Assembly (NCBI RefSeq): GCF_026210795.1
Contig: NC_089429.1
Location: forward strand, 806,001-870,000
Length of the DNA: 64,000 bases
DNA from: Rhizophagus irregularis
Lineage: Eukaryota
Reading direction: 5' to 3'
Shown: positions 50,284-61,625 of the stretch, in pieces
Layout: every line of letters starts with the position of its first letter
Numbering within the stretch: position 1 is the stretch's first letter
The notes under the pieces: generated by a model
Databases searched by the model: none
Told to the model about the DNA's origin: nothing
The model's input: only the letters and a program-made list of their open reading frames with translations
Program-made: the position numbers and the translations under genes

Positions 50284-51149
50284 AGTTTTATAATTCAAGA
50301 AATAAATTTAACAAAGCATTAAATATGAAAGTTAGAGAATTCTATATAGAAGTTGCTGTAGTACTGCGACGTGCCGCAGGGTAGTATAGTACGTTTTACA
50401 ATTTAGTGTGAATTACCGTACTAAGTAACTGATTTTCACTAATCATACGGCTGAATACAAAAAAGGAATAGTTTAAATTAAAGACGATTACATAATTAGT
50501 AAAAGCATGGAAGATCGGCATCTTAAAGAGAAAGTTGATCAAAGACAAAATTTTGTGTAATGTATACGTTACTTTTCGTTTTCGATACTTGGCCTGATGA
50601 TCTGCCCCTCCTTTTAATATAATAAATAAAAACAAGTAACAATAATATTAATATTATTAAATATTTAAACAAGAAGTAATAAATTAGAAACAAAAAATTT
50701 TTAACTATTTTATAATAATAATATTTTTATACGATAACACTTGAAAATAATATATGATATATAACCTAATAAAATTAGTATTAAACCAAATTATTTAAAT
50801 AATCAAAGAAAGTGACCTTTTTGAATCTTCAACATTTAATATTTAATTCTATTGTCCTACTTTAAAGGATATTGTAGATATTCGAATTACATTTCTTTAA
50901 AGGTTTAGTCAAATCAAATCATAAACCCATTCTTAATGCTAATCATGGCACAAAGTTAAAGCTTCGTTCAGTTGAAGTTGCAACTTGCAAGAATAAATCT
51001 GAAACCCGGTGGCTAACTAAATACTTTGATTTCTGTGATCTAGTCTTCAGACAAAATAATGATGAATTATTTATTTATTAATCTGATTATTGAATTCCCT
51101 ATTTTATGACCAATCAAATACAGTACATTCTGTACTACAGTACTACATA

Positions 51150-51535
51150 TAGGGATGGCAATGGTCACGGTCATTAACCGGTTATGACCGGTCATGACCG
51201 TGACCGATATCGGTCAGTCAAAGACCTCTGACTGACCGTTTGACCGACCGTTTAACCGATCCTGAAAACGTTTGCGAAATGTAATTTAATAAAAAAATGT
51301 TTCGCAAACGTTTTTTTAATTATTTTAATAGAAAATGTTGCGAAAACGTTTTTTATTAAGTATTTCAATTAAATTACATTTCGCAAACGTTTTCAGGATT
51401 GGTTAACCAGTTGGTCAAACGGTCGGTTAACCGGTCGGTCAGACCGGTCGGTCAAACGGTCAGTCAGTCAGTCAAAGGTTCTTGACCGGTTATGACCGAC
51501 CAATGACCGACCATGACCGACCGTTGCCATCCCTA
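51150..51535. mobile_element. hAT-type MITE (TAGGGATGGCAA family, copy 2, opposite orientation)
   Basis: Same TIR as 10074; perfect 8-bp TSD ACTACATA; palindromic core. Confidence 0.93.
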
Positions 51536-54500
51536 ACTACATATGTATAAATAAATACTATATATTTAAAATGAAGGAATAAAAATAATAAAATTTAAAG
51601 AATAAAAAAGAAAAATTGTTCCATTATGAAAACACCTAAACTTTATACATACAGTATATATTTCTGATTTCAATTTAGATTTAAAAATTGTAATAAAATT
51701 CCTTTAAACTTTCAGTTTTAGTATCTATGGAGTAGGAACGCACCAAGATGAATTTTAAGAATTATAACAAGTTTAATTACGGTATACAAATAACGAGTAA
51801 TTTATGCGAATAAAAATTATGTCCAAACTTTAAACCTTTCTTTCCTAATAATTGATTACGCGAAATAAAAAAAAAATAAATCACGTGATTAAAGCGTTTC
51901 TTACGAACATTTAGTCACATGATGCTACCAATAATAATGAAGAATTGGCATTTTTATGATATTAATCTCATCATGTGTTTTCATTTTGACATCCTACCTT
52001 TGTTTAATAGTGACTATGTGTTGAAATAGTTTTTTTTTAATTTTACAATTAAAAATATTGGTTAATATAATAAAATGATAAAATATTTTTTTTCTTCTTG
52101 AACGCTTTTATTGTAGTATAACTTGTTATTAATAAAAAATTTATCTATGTAATTTAAAAAAATTATGTTAATTTATTTTTATTTTTACCGAGTAAAAAAA
52201 ATATATTTATTCTATCATAACTAAAAATCATGCATATTATATAATATTTGAAAAAGGTGAAAGAACAAAATTTTTGGCAAAAAAATAATCAGGAAAAGAA
52301 ATTGTTATTAAAAATAAGAATCGGAAAAAAAGGTAGCACCACAGCATCGTGATCCAAATCTAAAGAATGTAAGAATGAAAATAGAAAAAAAAATATTAAG
52401 AATAAAAAAGCTTCAAGTCTAAAAAACAAATATAAATAATATAAAAAAAAAATGTAGTATAGATTATAAAGGAAAATTAAAAAATATTTGAAAAAAAATT
52501 GGAAAGGTTGAAAAAAAAAATGAAAAAAAAAATTGGAAAATCAAAAAAAAACCGAAAAAAAATATAAAAAAAAAATCGGTTTAAAAAAAAATATATCGAG
52601 GTTATTTAGCTTAGAGTTGGCTAATGTTAATAAAAAGTTGGATAATATGGATGAAAACTTGGACAGATATTTGGATTGCTCTTTAAGTAGAATGATTAAG
52701 TAGGTATTCGTGTATTAAGTAGTAATTGGTACATGTCAGTTCTATGTTAAATAAAGCTACCTATGTTCCTATTCTAAACATATGTTTTTTTTTTTCACTG
52801 ACTTCGCACTTAAATTCTAATTTGACATTCTCGTAGCAACCTAACCCTTTTCATTTCCCTCTCACCACTGAAGTTAACAGTTGAGTCTGGCTTCTGCACC
52901 TCTTCTAATAACTGTGCAATATGACCGTGAACTTTCCCTAACCATGTTTTCCATATTCTCATCATTATATACAATGACCGCCGGTTCTGATAGTATGAGT
53001 CAATGAGTTGTGTCTGTCGTGGTAATATTTAATTACTTAAATGATAGCATCTGTAAGTTAATTCATTTTATTCCGTATTAATAAGTATATTATTATCCCT
53101 TCGAATACTCCTAGTATTTCTAAAATCAAGGTCCGTTATACTGAATTCATTTCATAAAATGTAGAGCCAAGAAAAAAAATTTGTATACAAAAAATTTTTT
53201 GTTTTTTGCAAGTAAACTTCTTACTAAAATTAAATGTAATAAAAGAGGTCCAAAATTTGATGAAGTATGGCAGTATAAACAAACCAAAATTGTAAATCAC
53301 TTTAGTTCAGATAATGCGCTTCCACTCCATATTGATTGTCCAAAAATACGTTATTTTGAATTACATGAATTTGATTAATTTAATTAAGAATATTAAAAAT
53401 AAAATCTAATTATATCATTATTAATTTCACTCAAAATTTAATCCGATTATTTTACGGGAATTAGATCAAATATTTCTTAAAAAAATAAGATAATTTAGAA
53501 AAAGATTATCGTCATATTTTATAGAAAAATAAAATTATCAATTGTAAAGTATATTAGTATTTATTATCAGTAAGTAAACATATCGGTTAAGTGGATAAAA
53601 TAAATAATTAATAATACCGAGGGTAATTTTTTTTTCTAGAAAAGTAAAGTTGATTTTTTATAAGAAATTATTACCATCAAGTTACACAAATTAAGCCAAT
53701 TAGATACAATATCTCAAATTTATCCTCATGCCTAATATGTTTTATTTCATTACCCATAATTTCTGATAAAACATTTCATACCACGATAAGTTATTAAAAT
53801 TGAAAGGTTATTTACGACTTCAAAATGAATATTGTATACAACCAATGGATTTTTTTTGTAAATTACTCCACTGAAAAAAGTATAAAAAGTATAAAATCCA
53901 TCGGTATGTACGTCATACATAATGAGATAACAAGTATGTTTTCTATTATTACATTATTATTTTACTATTATTTTTACTTGTTTTTATTGGCCTACTATAA
54001 ACCACATTTTTTTTTTTAAAAAAAACAGCATTTTTATCTAATTTGGGAAACAATATTAGATCGACTCATACTTTCAGCGTCACCATAAAAAATCCCTATC
54101 ATGTGATTATTTGGTGACACCTTATTTTTTTTATGATCCCATGATAGTAAAATTTTTATGGTGTCGTAATGATCGGCCAGATACAATTTTTAGTTCCACA
54201 TTTAAAAGTTTTCCACATTCATGTGAGATTGCCCATGTACTATAATATTATTATTGTCCAAATATTAAAAATTAATTGTAATATTACTTTTAATATTAAT
54301 CAATAACAATAAAATGTATTTTTCCGATATTATAAATAATAAATAATGTACAGTCTATATTTATTGGCAAGGCGACGAGTGTTCAAGGACTCAGTAAAAA
54401 AATTTTTCGCCACCTGACCCTTAATTATGCGTACTACTCATATAACGTATAGCTCATAGAAATATATAAATGACATCTGATATTGAAAATCCCGCAAAAA

Positions 54501-54620
54501 TACGCAAATAACATTAAGTTATTAATTATTTTATCATGACTTCTATATTATTTATATAACCAAATACTAATGAATTTATTAATGAATTTATTTTAATATA
54601 AGATTAGCCAAATTTAGGCC

Positions 54621-55406
54621 TAGTGCTCCGAATGATACGAGTCGACCCGGGTTAATTTGACCCGACTCGACTTTTAAATCGGGTCGGTACTAACGATTTT
54701 TAATGACCCGTGTCCCGCATGACCCGCATGACCCGACCCGCCGGGTCGGGTTATAAATTTCCTTGACTCGTGTTTGACCCGGATTTGACCCGGATCGACC
54801 CGGATGTTTTTAATTCTGGCAAAATTATAATTTTGGCCAAAATTAAGCCAAGAATTAGTTTTAACAAATATTAACATAGCTTAATCAGAAAAATAAAAAA
54901 ATTAACCTTTGGCTTTTGAGAATAATATTTTTCTGATAGCTTTAGAATTCCAATTTATCTTTGATTTGAATATCTGCTAATTATTTTGCCTAATTTATTG
55001 ACTTTTATTATATTAAACCAGGTTCAAAATTCGTATTTTTAATTTTATTTTATTTAATTAGTCTAGGAGAAAATAAGAGCTAGTGTTACATGTTTTGTAT
55101 AACCATTCATGATACAAATTTTAGGTGGCTATTAGTGGTTAATCACTAAGTTGCCTTTTTTCCAAATAAAAAAAAATTAATTTTGTTATTATTATAAGAA
55201 AATCTCACATAAAATAAGTTAGTACCCATTTTACTTAAATGTTCGGGTCTAACCCAGGTTACACAAGTTAAATTATACTCGGTCGAGTCAAGGGTCGGGT
55301 TACGATAATATGAGACCCGAATAAATACGAGTCTTATATATTTTTATTCAGATCGGGTCGAATATTTCCTCAAAACCTGACCCGACTTGACCCGGTAGGA
55401 GCACTA
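54621..55406. mobile_element. hAT-type MITE (TAGTGCTCC)
   Basis: TIR TAGTGCTCC/GGAGCACTA; perfect 8-bp TSD TTTAGGCC; GACCCG/CGGGTC subterminal repeats. Confidence 0.92.
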
Positions 55407-55642
55407 TTTAGGCCAAAAATACGCAAACTAATTTTTTACAATAAAAATTTTGATAAAAAATACGCAATCTTGATGACCTTACTATAGATGAAATATTCTT
55501 AAATTGTACGCAAATCAAAAACTTTACTCAAGTGTTAAACATAATGCAGTATATCACGTGTCCACACATGAAATCGATTATGAAAGTTGTTTAATCGATA
55601 TTATTAATTGGTTAATAAAGATTTACGTTCATCTTTAACAAT

Positions 55643-55712
55643 TAATTACTATGATTAGTAATAAACAAATGGGAATGATAACCCATTTGTTTGTTACTAA
55701 TCATAGTAATTA
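55643..55712. repeat. Hairpin: 31-bp arms (1 mismatch), 8-nt spacer
   Basis: TAATTACTATGATTAGTAATAAACAAATGGG-AATGATAA-CCCATTTGTTTGTTACTAATCATAGTAATTA. Confidence 0.92.
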
Positions 55713-56052
55713 TCATCCGCATCTAGCAGTGATCACCATATAAGATAAACTATTTTAGACTTTTGTGTATTTGTGTATTTGTCAGCTTGACTCTTTCTCT
55801 TCATTGTAACTATAAATATTACGTGAATGCATTAAGATGTATTATAATAATAGCAAACCATAAATTATAACTATTCCAATTAAACTACAATTACATAGTT
55901 GTTTAATTATTAATTATTACGCAGCTTTACAAGAAGTTTGATTTTGCTTAGTCTATGTGGCATAAAGTATTATACATGTTTATAAAATGACGTAACAATG
56001 ACCTCAAAAAAATTCTAAAAGCAGTGTTACCAAGTCCAAAATTTTTTTTTAT

Positions 56053-56202
56053 ATATTATTGTATAGGGGAGGAGCAATATCACTTATTTTAGTATAGGTC
56101 AATGTATGATTGGTTTTAATTTTGCCACGTCAGTGGCAAAATTAGTAACCAATCATACATTGACCTATAAAATAAGTGATGTTGCCCCCTGTACAATAAT
56201 AT
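56053..56202. repeat. ~150-bp near-perfect palindrome upstream of the Crypton gene
   Basis: Centre TTTTGCCAC-GTCA-GTGGCAAAA; arms include TATAGGTCAATGTATGATTGGTT / AACCAATCATACATTGACCTATA. Confidence 0.92.
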
Positions 56203-58110
56203 TATTATCGTTTGGAACTGACCATAACATTTAAAAGCTTAAAAAAGTTTATTTAAAAGTTTAATTTTTTACTGTTTATATTGAAAAAATGATTTACAAA
56301 TTGTGCTTTTTTCTCTTGCTGACTCTTTAGTATTTTTATAATAATGCCACCACAAAAATCTCAAAATAAAAGTAAAAAAGTAATATTTATTTGTATTCAT
56401 TCAGTTAATATTTTATTTTATTTTTTTTTTGCATTTTATTAAAGATTTTTTTTTAGAATAAAAAAACTTTCACATATGTGGCCCCTACTGAAGAAGAAAT
56501 AAAAAGTATGCAAACAGCAGCTCGTGGCAAAGCTACACATAATTCTACAAGTACTTGGATTAATGCACTTGAAACTTTTCGTAAGGATATTGGATTACCT
56601 GGAAAAATAGATGATGTGAATTCTAAAGAAGAGTTAGAGCATCAACTTGTTTTATTTTTTGTTTCATGTAAGCAGCAAAATGGAGCTGAATATTCAGTAC
56701 AATCAATAAAATCAGCAAGATTTGCTATTGCACGACATATCAACACATATTCTAAAATTCGTCCACAAGAAATTACAAATAAAAATATATATTCTGAATT
56801 ATATAACGCAATTACTGGCAAGATCAAACTTTTAACTGATCAGGGATTAGGTGAAATACATGGTGCAGATGCTTTTACTCAAGATGAGATTAGGAAAATT
56901 ATTAATCATCCCACAATGCAACCAGATTCACCAAAAGGACTTATACGACGCATATTTTGGCATAATGCTTTTGAATTAGCTCTTCGAGGTGGAGAGCATT
57001 ATAATCTAAAAATACAACAATTTAAAAAAAGAAAGGATGGTGGTATTGATGTTACATTTTATAGATCTAAGTGTAATCAGAGATCTTTAAGTGAATCTAA
57101 TTCTAAAGCTGAAGTAATTTCAATACCTGCTGATAATGCTGTTATTCAAGATTATGAGCTTTATTTTAGTAAAAGACCACCAATTTGTGAAGATGCATTT
57201 TACTTGCAACCTTGCAACAATAATGAAGGTAATTATTTATCATGTAGTAATTTATTATTTTTTTTTACCTTTCTTTTAATTTCAAATAGTTGAGTTTACG
57301 GGTTATTGGTTCAAATCTGCTCAAATGGGAGAAAAATTGGTAAAAGGACTTATGAAAGAAATTGCAACAATAACTGAAATCGATTGTGATAAAAGAAAGT
57401 TCACAAATCATAGTGGACGAAAAACCTTTATTCAAATTTCAAAAAGTGAAGGAATTAGTGATAATGATGTGATGTCTGTGTCACGGCATAAAAATCCTCA
57501 CTCTTTGGCTTATTATGAACGTCCTAAGTCTATATTGCAACAAAATACATTATCGCAAATTAATTCTTTAATTTATAATGGTAAGAAAAGAATTGCACCT
57601 GTGGTTTTAATGTAAAAGTAATATACAATATATTTATTATTTTTCTTTTCATTAGATACATTATTGTCAAATGACAAAACTGCAAATTCTTTTTCTTCAG
57701 CCTTAGAAACTTTTAATGGTAAGATTTAACTTATGAACTAATAATTCTTATGGTATAAAAAATTTAATTTTTTTTTAGAATCACGGTCACCACTTCAGCA
57801 GCTCAACTCAAACGATTTAAACGAATTAAATGATGATCAACAAAATCAAGAAATTAACGGAAATGATGAGACCATTAAAAAAAATTCTCCATGGGAATGT
57901 TTTTCAGAATTGTAATATTACATTCAATGTGAATAAATGATTTTTATACGAATTTTATTATATGTACACTTATAAATAGCTTATTTTAATAATATAAAGT
58001 ATAAATAGCTTATATAAAGTATAAATGGTTTATTATGATATTATAAAGTATAAATAAAATATCTAAAAATATAGTATGTTATGATCATATGTACCCGAAC
58101 GATAATAATA
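56200..58110 (+). mobile_element. Putative Crypton element delimited by ~30-bp inverted repeats
   Basis: TATTATTATCGTTTGGAACTGACCATAACAT (56200-56230) versus ATGTTATGATCATATGTACCCGAACGATAATAATA (58076-58110); outer 13 bp are perfect. Confidence 0.6.
56344..57915 (+). CDS. Crypton-type tyrosine recombinase (DUF3504/ZMYM-like)
   Basis: Exons 56344-56379, 56457-57228, 57290-57580, 57656-57718, 57779-57915. Motifs GAEYSVQSI, ALRGGEH (R), SKCNQR (K), TNHSGRKT (H-x-x-R), SRHKN (H), LAYYER (Y). Confidence 0.88.
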
Positions 58111-58281
58111 ATTATCATTATTAAAGATATTAATAAAAATTGAATTTTTTCGCATGCAAACACATAAATCCGGTTTATTAAAAATTTGGTTTATTAGTTA
58201 TCTGTTACAAATAAAAAGCGCTGGGAATTTTATTGATTTTCTTCAAAGAAATTTATTTCTTTAACTTTTCTTTCTTTTGAG

Positions 58282-58797
58282 ATGACTTTTCTTCGTGAAC
58301 TTGGTAAAACTGGTGTAAAAATCCCTGCAATCGGTTTAGGATGCATGGTATACTCTGCACTTTATACTTCATAATTACTTGCCTATCGCGTGATTCTAAT
58401 ATTTTGTTTGGTAGGGCATAAGTGAATTTTATGGTTCAGCTGATGAACAGGAAAATATTAAAGTATTAAATCGAGCAATTGATATCGGATGTACCTTTTG
58501 GGATACTGCTGTTTGTATTTAAACTCTTCTAATAAATTCAAAATTTTAATATTATTTTAAATAATAAATAATGGAGTATCGCTTTTTTTTAAAAAAAAAA
58601 TGTAAAGGATTTGTATGGATCCGGAGCCAATGAAATTCTTTCTTAAAGAATGTCGTAATGAAGTTTTTATTTGTACAAAGTTTGCATTCTCTCGAGGACC
58701 AAATGGCGAATTTAAGATATCAGGCAAACCCGAATATGTTCGTCAAGCTTGCGATAATTCTTTAAAAAGATTGGGAGTAAATTGTATCGATCTTTAA
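58282..58797 (+). pseudogene. Aldo-keto reductase (yakc-like AKR family), 5' fragment
   Basis: Exons 58282-58347 (LRELGKTGVKIPAIGLGCM), 58415-58510 (GISEFYG...GCTFWDTA), 58608-58797 (DLYG..NE / EVFICTKF...[12 protein letters not shown]). Frameshift after ANEIL; the rest of the gene is absent. Confidence 0.88.
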
Positions 58798-58799
58798 TT

Positions 58800-59354
58800 T
58801 AGAGGTTGGAACCGGTTAAGCTTAACCGGTTAATTAACTGGTTAAAACGGTTAACCGGTTAAAACATTTGTTAACCGGTTAAAAAACAATTCTTAACCGG
58901 TTAAATTATCCGGTTAAATTAATCGGTTAAATTAATCAGTTAAATTAACCGGTTAAAATGCTAAAAATATTTGTAATTCTGGCCATAATTCACAGTGCCG
59001 GCCAGAATTATAAATCACGGGACTTCGGATAAAAGTTTAGCCACCAGTTAAAATACCAACGGACCAGGTGGTGGAATTTTTTGTGTTATATAAAATTCAT
59101 AATGCGGGCCGAAATTCATAGTGCCGGCCAGACAATTTTGGTCTGAATTTCGTCTTTCAGCTAGAGTTTCGTTTCGATAGTTAGAGTTTTGGTCTGGCCT
59201 AATTTTGGCCGGGATTAAAAATATATTTGATGCTAATCCTGGCCGAATTTTAATGCTGACTAGGATTGAGTTTTAACCGGTTAATTAACCGGTTAAAGGT
59301 TTGGTTAACCGGTTATTAACCGGTTAAGACTTTTTGGACCGGTTCCAACCTCTA
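58800..59354. mobile_element. hAT-like MITE (TAGAGGTTGGAACCGGT), no TSD
   Basis: 17-bp perfect TIR; TTAACCGGTTAA subterminal repeats; flanks CTTTAATT versus AGCCAGGT do not match. Confidence 0.85.
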
Positions 59355-60497
59355 AGCCAGGTTTGGGTCATAGGATCGTTTTAAGTTCGAATTGGGATAT
59401 GGTCCAAGGACTAGATCAGTAGTACAAGGACTATTTTCATGTTCAAAGAATTCAAAGAAGGTTTTCTCTTAGACTATATGAATCACACAATCTTTTAAAT
59501 GGAGATTGGTTCGAAACTTTAATATTTGTCATAATACACAATATTAGTAATTAGAATTTGTTTACCCTAAAATTCTTAATTGACATCATAGAAAAGAAAA
59601 AGGGAAAAAAAAATTAAGGTGTTTATTCATATTGCATAGTACACACATTTCAAGAAAATCATTGATGTCGATCTTCGTTTTAAAAACTTATTACGATGTG
59701 CGAAATTAGCTAACTTATGATGTACGAATTATGATACATGAAATTGGAAAACTTACTATGATGAACGAAATTAGCCAAATTTTTATAGAAGTGATTTATT
59801 CCTTTTAATGATAAATTTAAGGTCGTTATTGAACCAAATAAAATGGGAGATGAAATTAAAGTTAAAGTTGATCAGGCGTAAATTGCTGATTCAGGTAACG
59901 AAACTAAAAATTTACGATTGCAAAAGTTACGAGGATTGTGGAAGGATTAGAGGGTTTTGATTTGTATTATTTTTTAATACTAGTATTTTTTTCACTTTTT
60001 AATTTATTATTTGTGTATTTCTTGATTTATTTCTTTCAATTTTACTCGTATACTCGTATGAAATATCAGGAAAATAATTAATAAAGATGAAGATGGTATT
60101 CTTACAAATTGTGAGATAGGATCCAAAGAACTAATGTAAATGTCCTCTATATGTAAAGAGATTGTACCTTAGTTCAAAAATATAAAAACCAATCACTTTA
60201 CGCAATAACTTCTTTATATATTTGTGTAGTGTATATAAAAAAAAAATTTTTTTTCCAATAATAAAAAATTTTTATGCATAAGTTTTATTCATTAATGCAG
60301 TAATATATCTTCGTTACATGAATAACTAATAGTACAATCCTTTTGTTCTCCCCTCGAGCAAACTTTCTTACTGTTTTATTAAACCACCTTGCAGAATCTA
60401 CACAACCTGTTCAACATTTCCATCTTGTTTAACTTGTCTATCTTGCTTAACCTGCTCATCTTGCTTAACCAGCTCCTTCTTAGCCTTCTTATTCTTC

Positions 60498-61055
60498 TTA
60501 AGCTTCGATCTTGATAATATCATCATCTATCAATAATTTTATTATTCCCAAAACAAACGTTAAAATAAGAACTAATTTCTTCCACCATCTATCAGCCTCA
60601 AAGAAATCCTTAAGGAATTCCATCGTACGATCTTTATATTCTCCAGGAAATGATCTTATAATAAAAATAACTAATAAAAAATATCTAAAACGTGGGGACC
60701 GCACCGAAAAATACACTAAAATCAAAGCAAGTAAAAAAGAAACTACATCTCCCGCCCAACTTGGAATAGTAAATAATAGAAAAATAATTTCTTCTATATA
60801 ACCAACTAAAAGAATAAAACAGTAAACAAGAAATAAAATACCGAATATAATCAATGAAATACCAATAAATTTTTTTAGTAATTTCCAGACAGAGGACAGT
60901 AAACCTTGTTTAGAATTAGATTTTGGTAGCAATGGTTCTGTCTCATCTCCGTCCAAATTTTTCCTATTTTCTACCTTTGCATTATTTACGTTCTCTTGTT
61001 CCACATTAGCTTGTGGATTTGTCAATGGTTCTATTTCGTTTTCATTCACAATCAC
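60498..61055 (-). CDS. Predicted multi-pass membrane protein of unknown function (5' exons uncertain)
   Basis: 185-aa ORF with acidic N-terminus (two EPL motifs) and 3-4 hydrophobic segments. Possible upstream exons from ATG 61335 could not be phased cleanly. Confidence 0.55.
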   Translation of the reverse strand: MIVNENEIEPLTNPQANVEQENVNNAKVENRKNLDGDETEPLLPKSNSKQGLLSSVWKLLKKFIGISLIIFGILFLVYCFILLVGYIEEIIFLLFTIPSWAGDVVSFLLALILVYFSVRSPRFRYFLLVIFIIRSFPGEYKDRTMEFLKDFFEADRWWKKLVLILTFVLGIIKLLIDDDIIKIEA

Positions 61056-61419
61056 GATCGTATCTATAGGAGATTCTACTTGTTTTCATATTTTAACTAT
61101 TTTAGAAATTTTTTTTTTTTTATTAAATTTAGTAAAATTCTAATTCACCTTTAGGTTTTTCTTCTTCCGCCTTGGACGTTACTTCATTGTCAATATAATC
61201 TTGGTGGAAAATCTATATTTGTTAAAGCAAATCAATCAACAATAGTATTAAATAGCGTAATGACTACAATAAGAAAAAAAATTAATTCGCCAAAAAGTAT
61301 TTCTCAACCTTTGATGAACCTTCTTCCATCGACATGATAGGTATTGTAGACTAACTGAGCAGTAACATACTCCTTTATATATTTCAATCTGCGCAATTTA
61401 CATTATCATACACTTGGAT

Positions 61420-61625
61420 ATAGGGGTTTCCTCTTAATATTTCAGGTGCCATATAAGGTAAAACTCCATAAATCTCATTATTAGGATCCTGTAAATCACT
61501 TATAGGTTTACATAATCCTAAATCAATAATAAATGACTCTTTGTAATCGTCTGATATTAAAATATTACCATCATGAAAATCACCATGAGTTAAATTTGAT
61601 TCATGAATTACTTTAAGTCCTGAAC
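61420..61625 (-). pseudogene. Isolated TKL catalytic-loop fragment
   Basis: GLKVIHESNLTHGDFHDGNIL...DLGLC...YGVLPYMAPEILRGNPY; no N-lobe or C-terminal subdomains adjacent. Confidence 0.8.

Noticed and set aside
50360..50392. Hairpin CTGCG..CGCAG as a Helitron 3' end
   Set aside because: Stem is short, the terminus is ATAG rather than CTRR, and no 5' end was identified.
53230..53335. BED-finger/hAT transposase relic (RGPKFDEVWQY...QTKIVNHF)
   Set aside because: Too short; the Cys/His ligands are absent and there are no TIRs.
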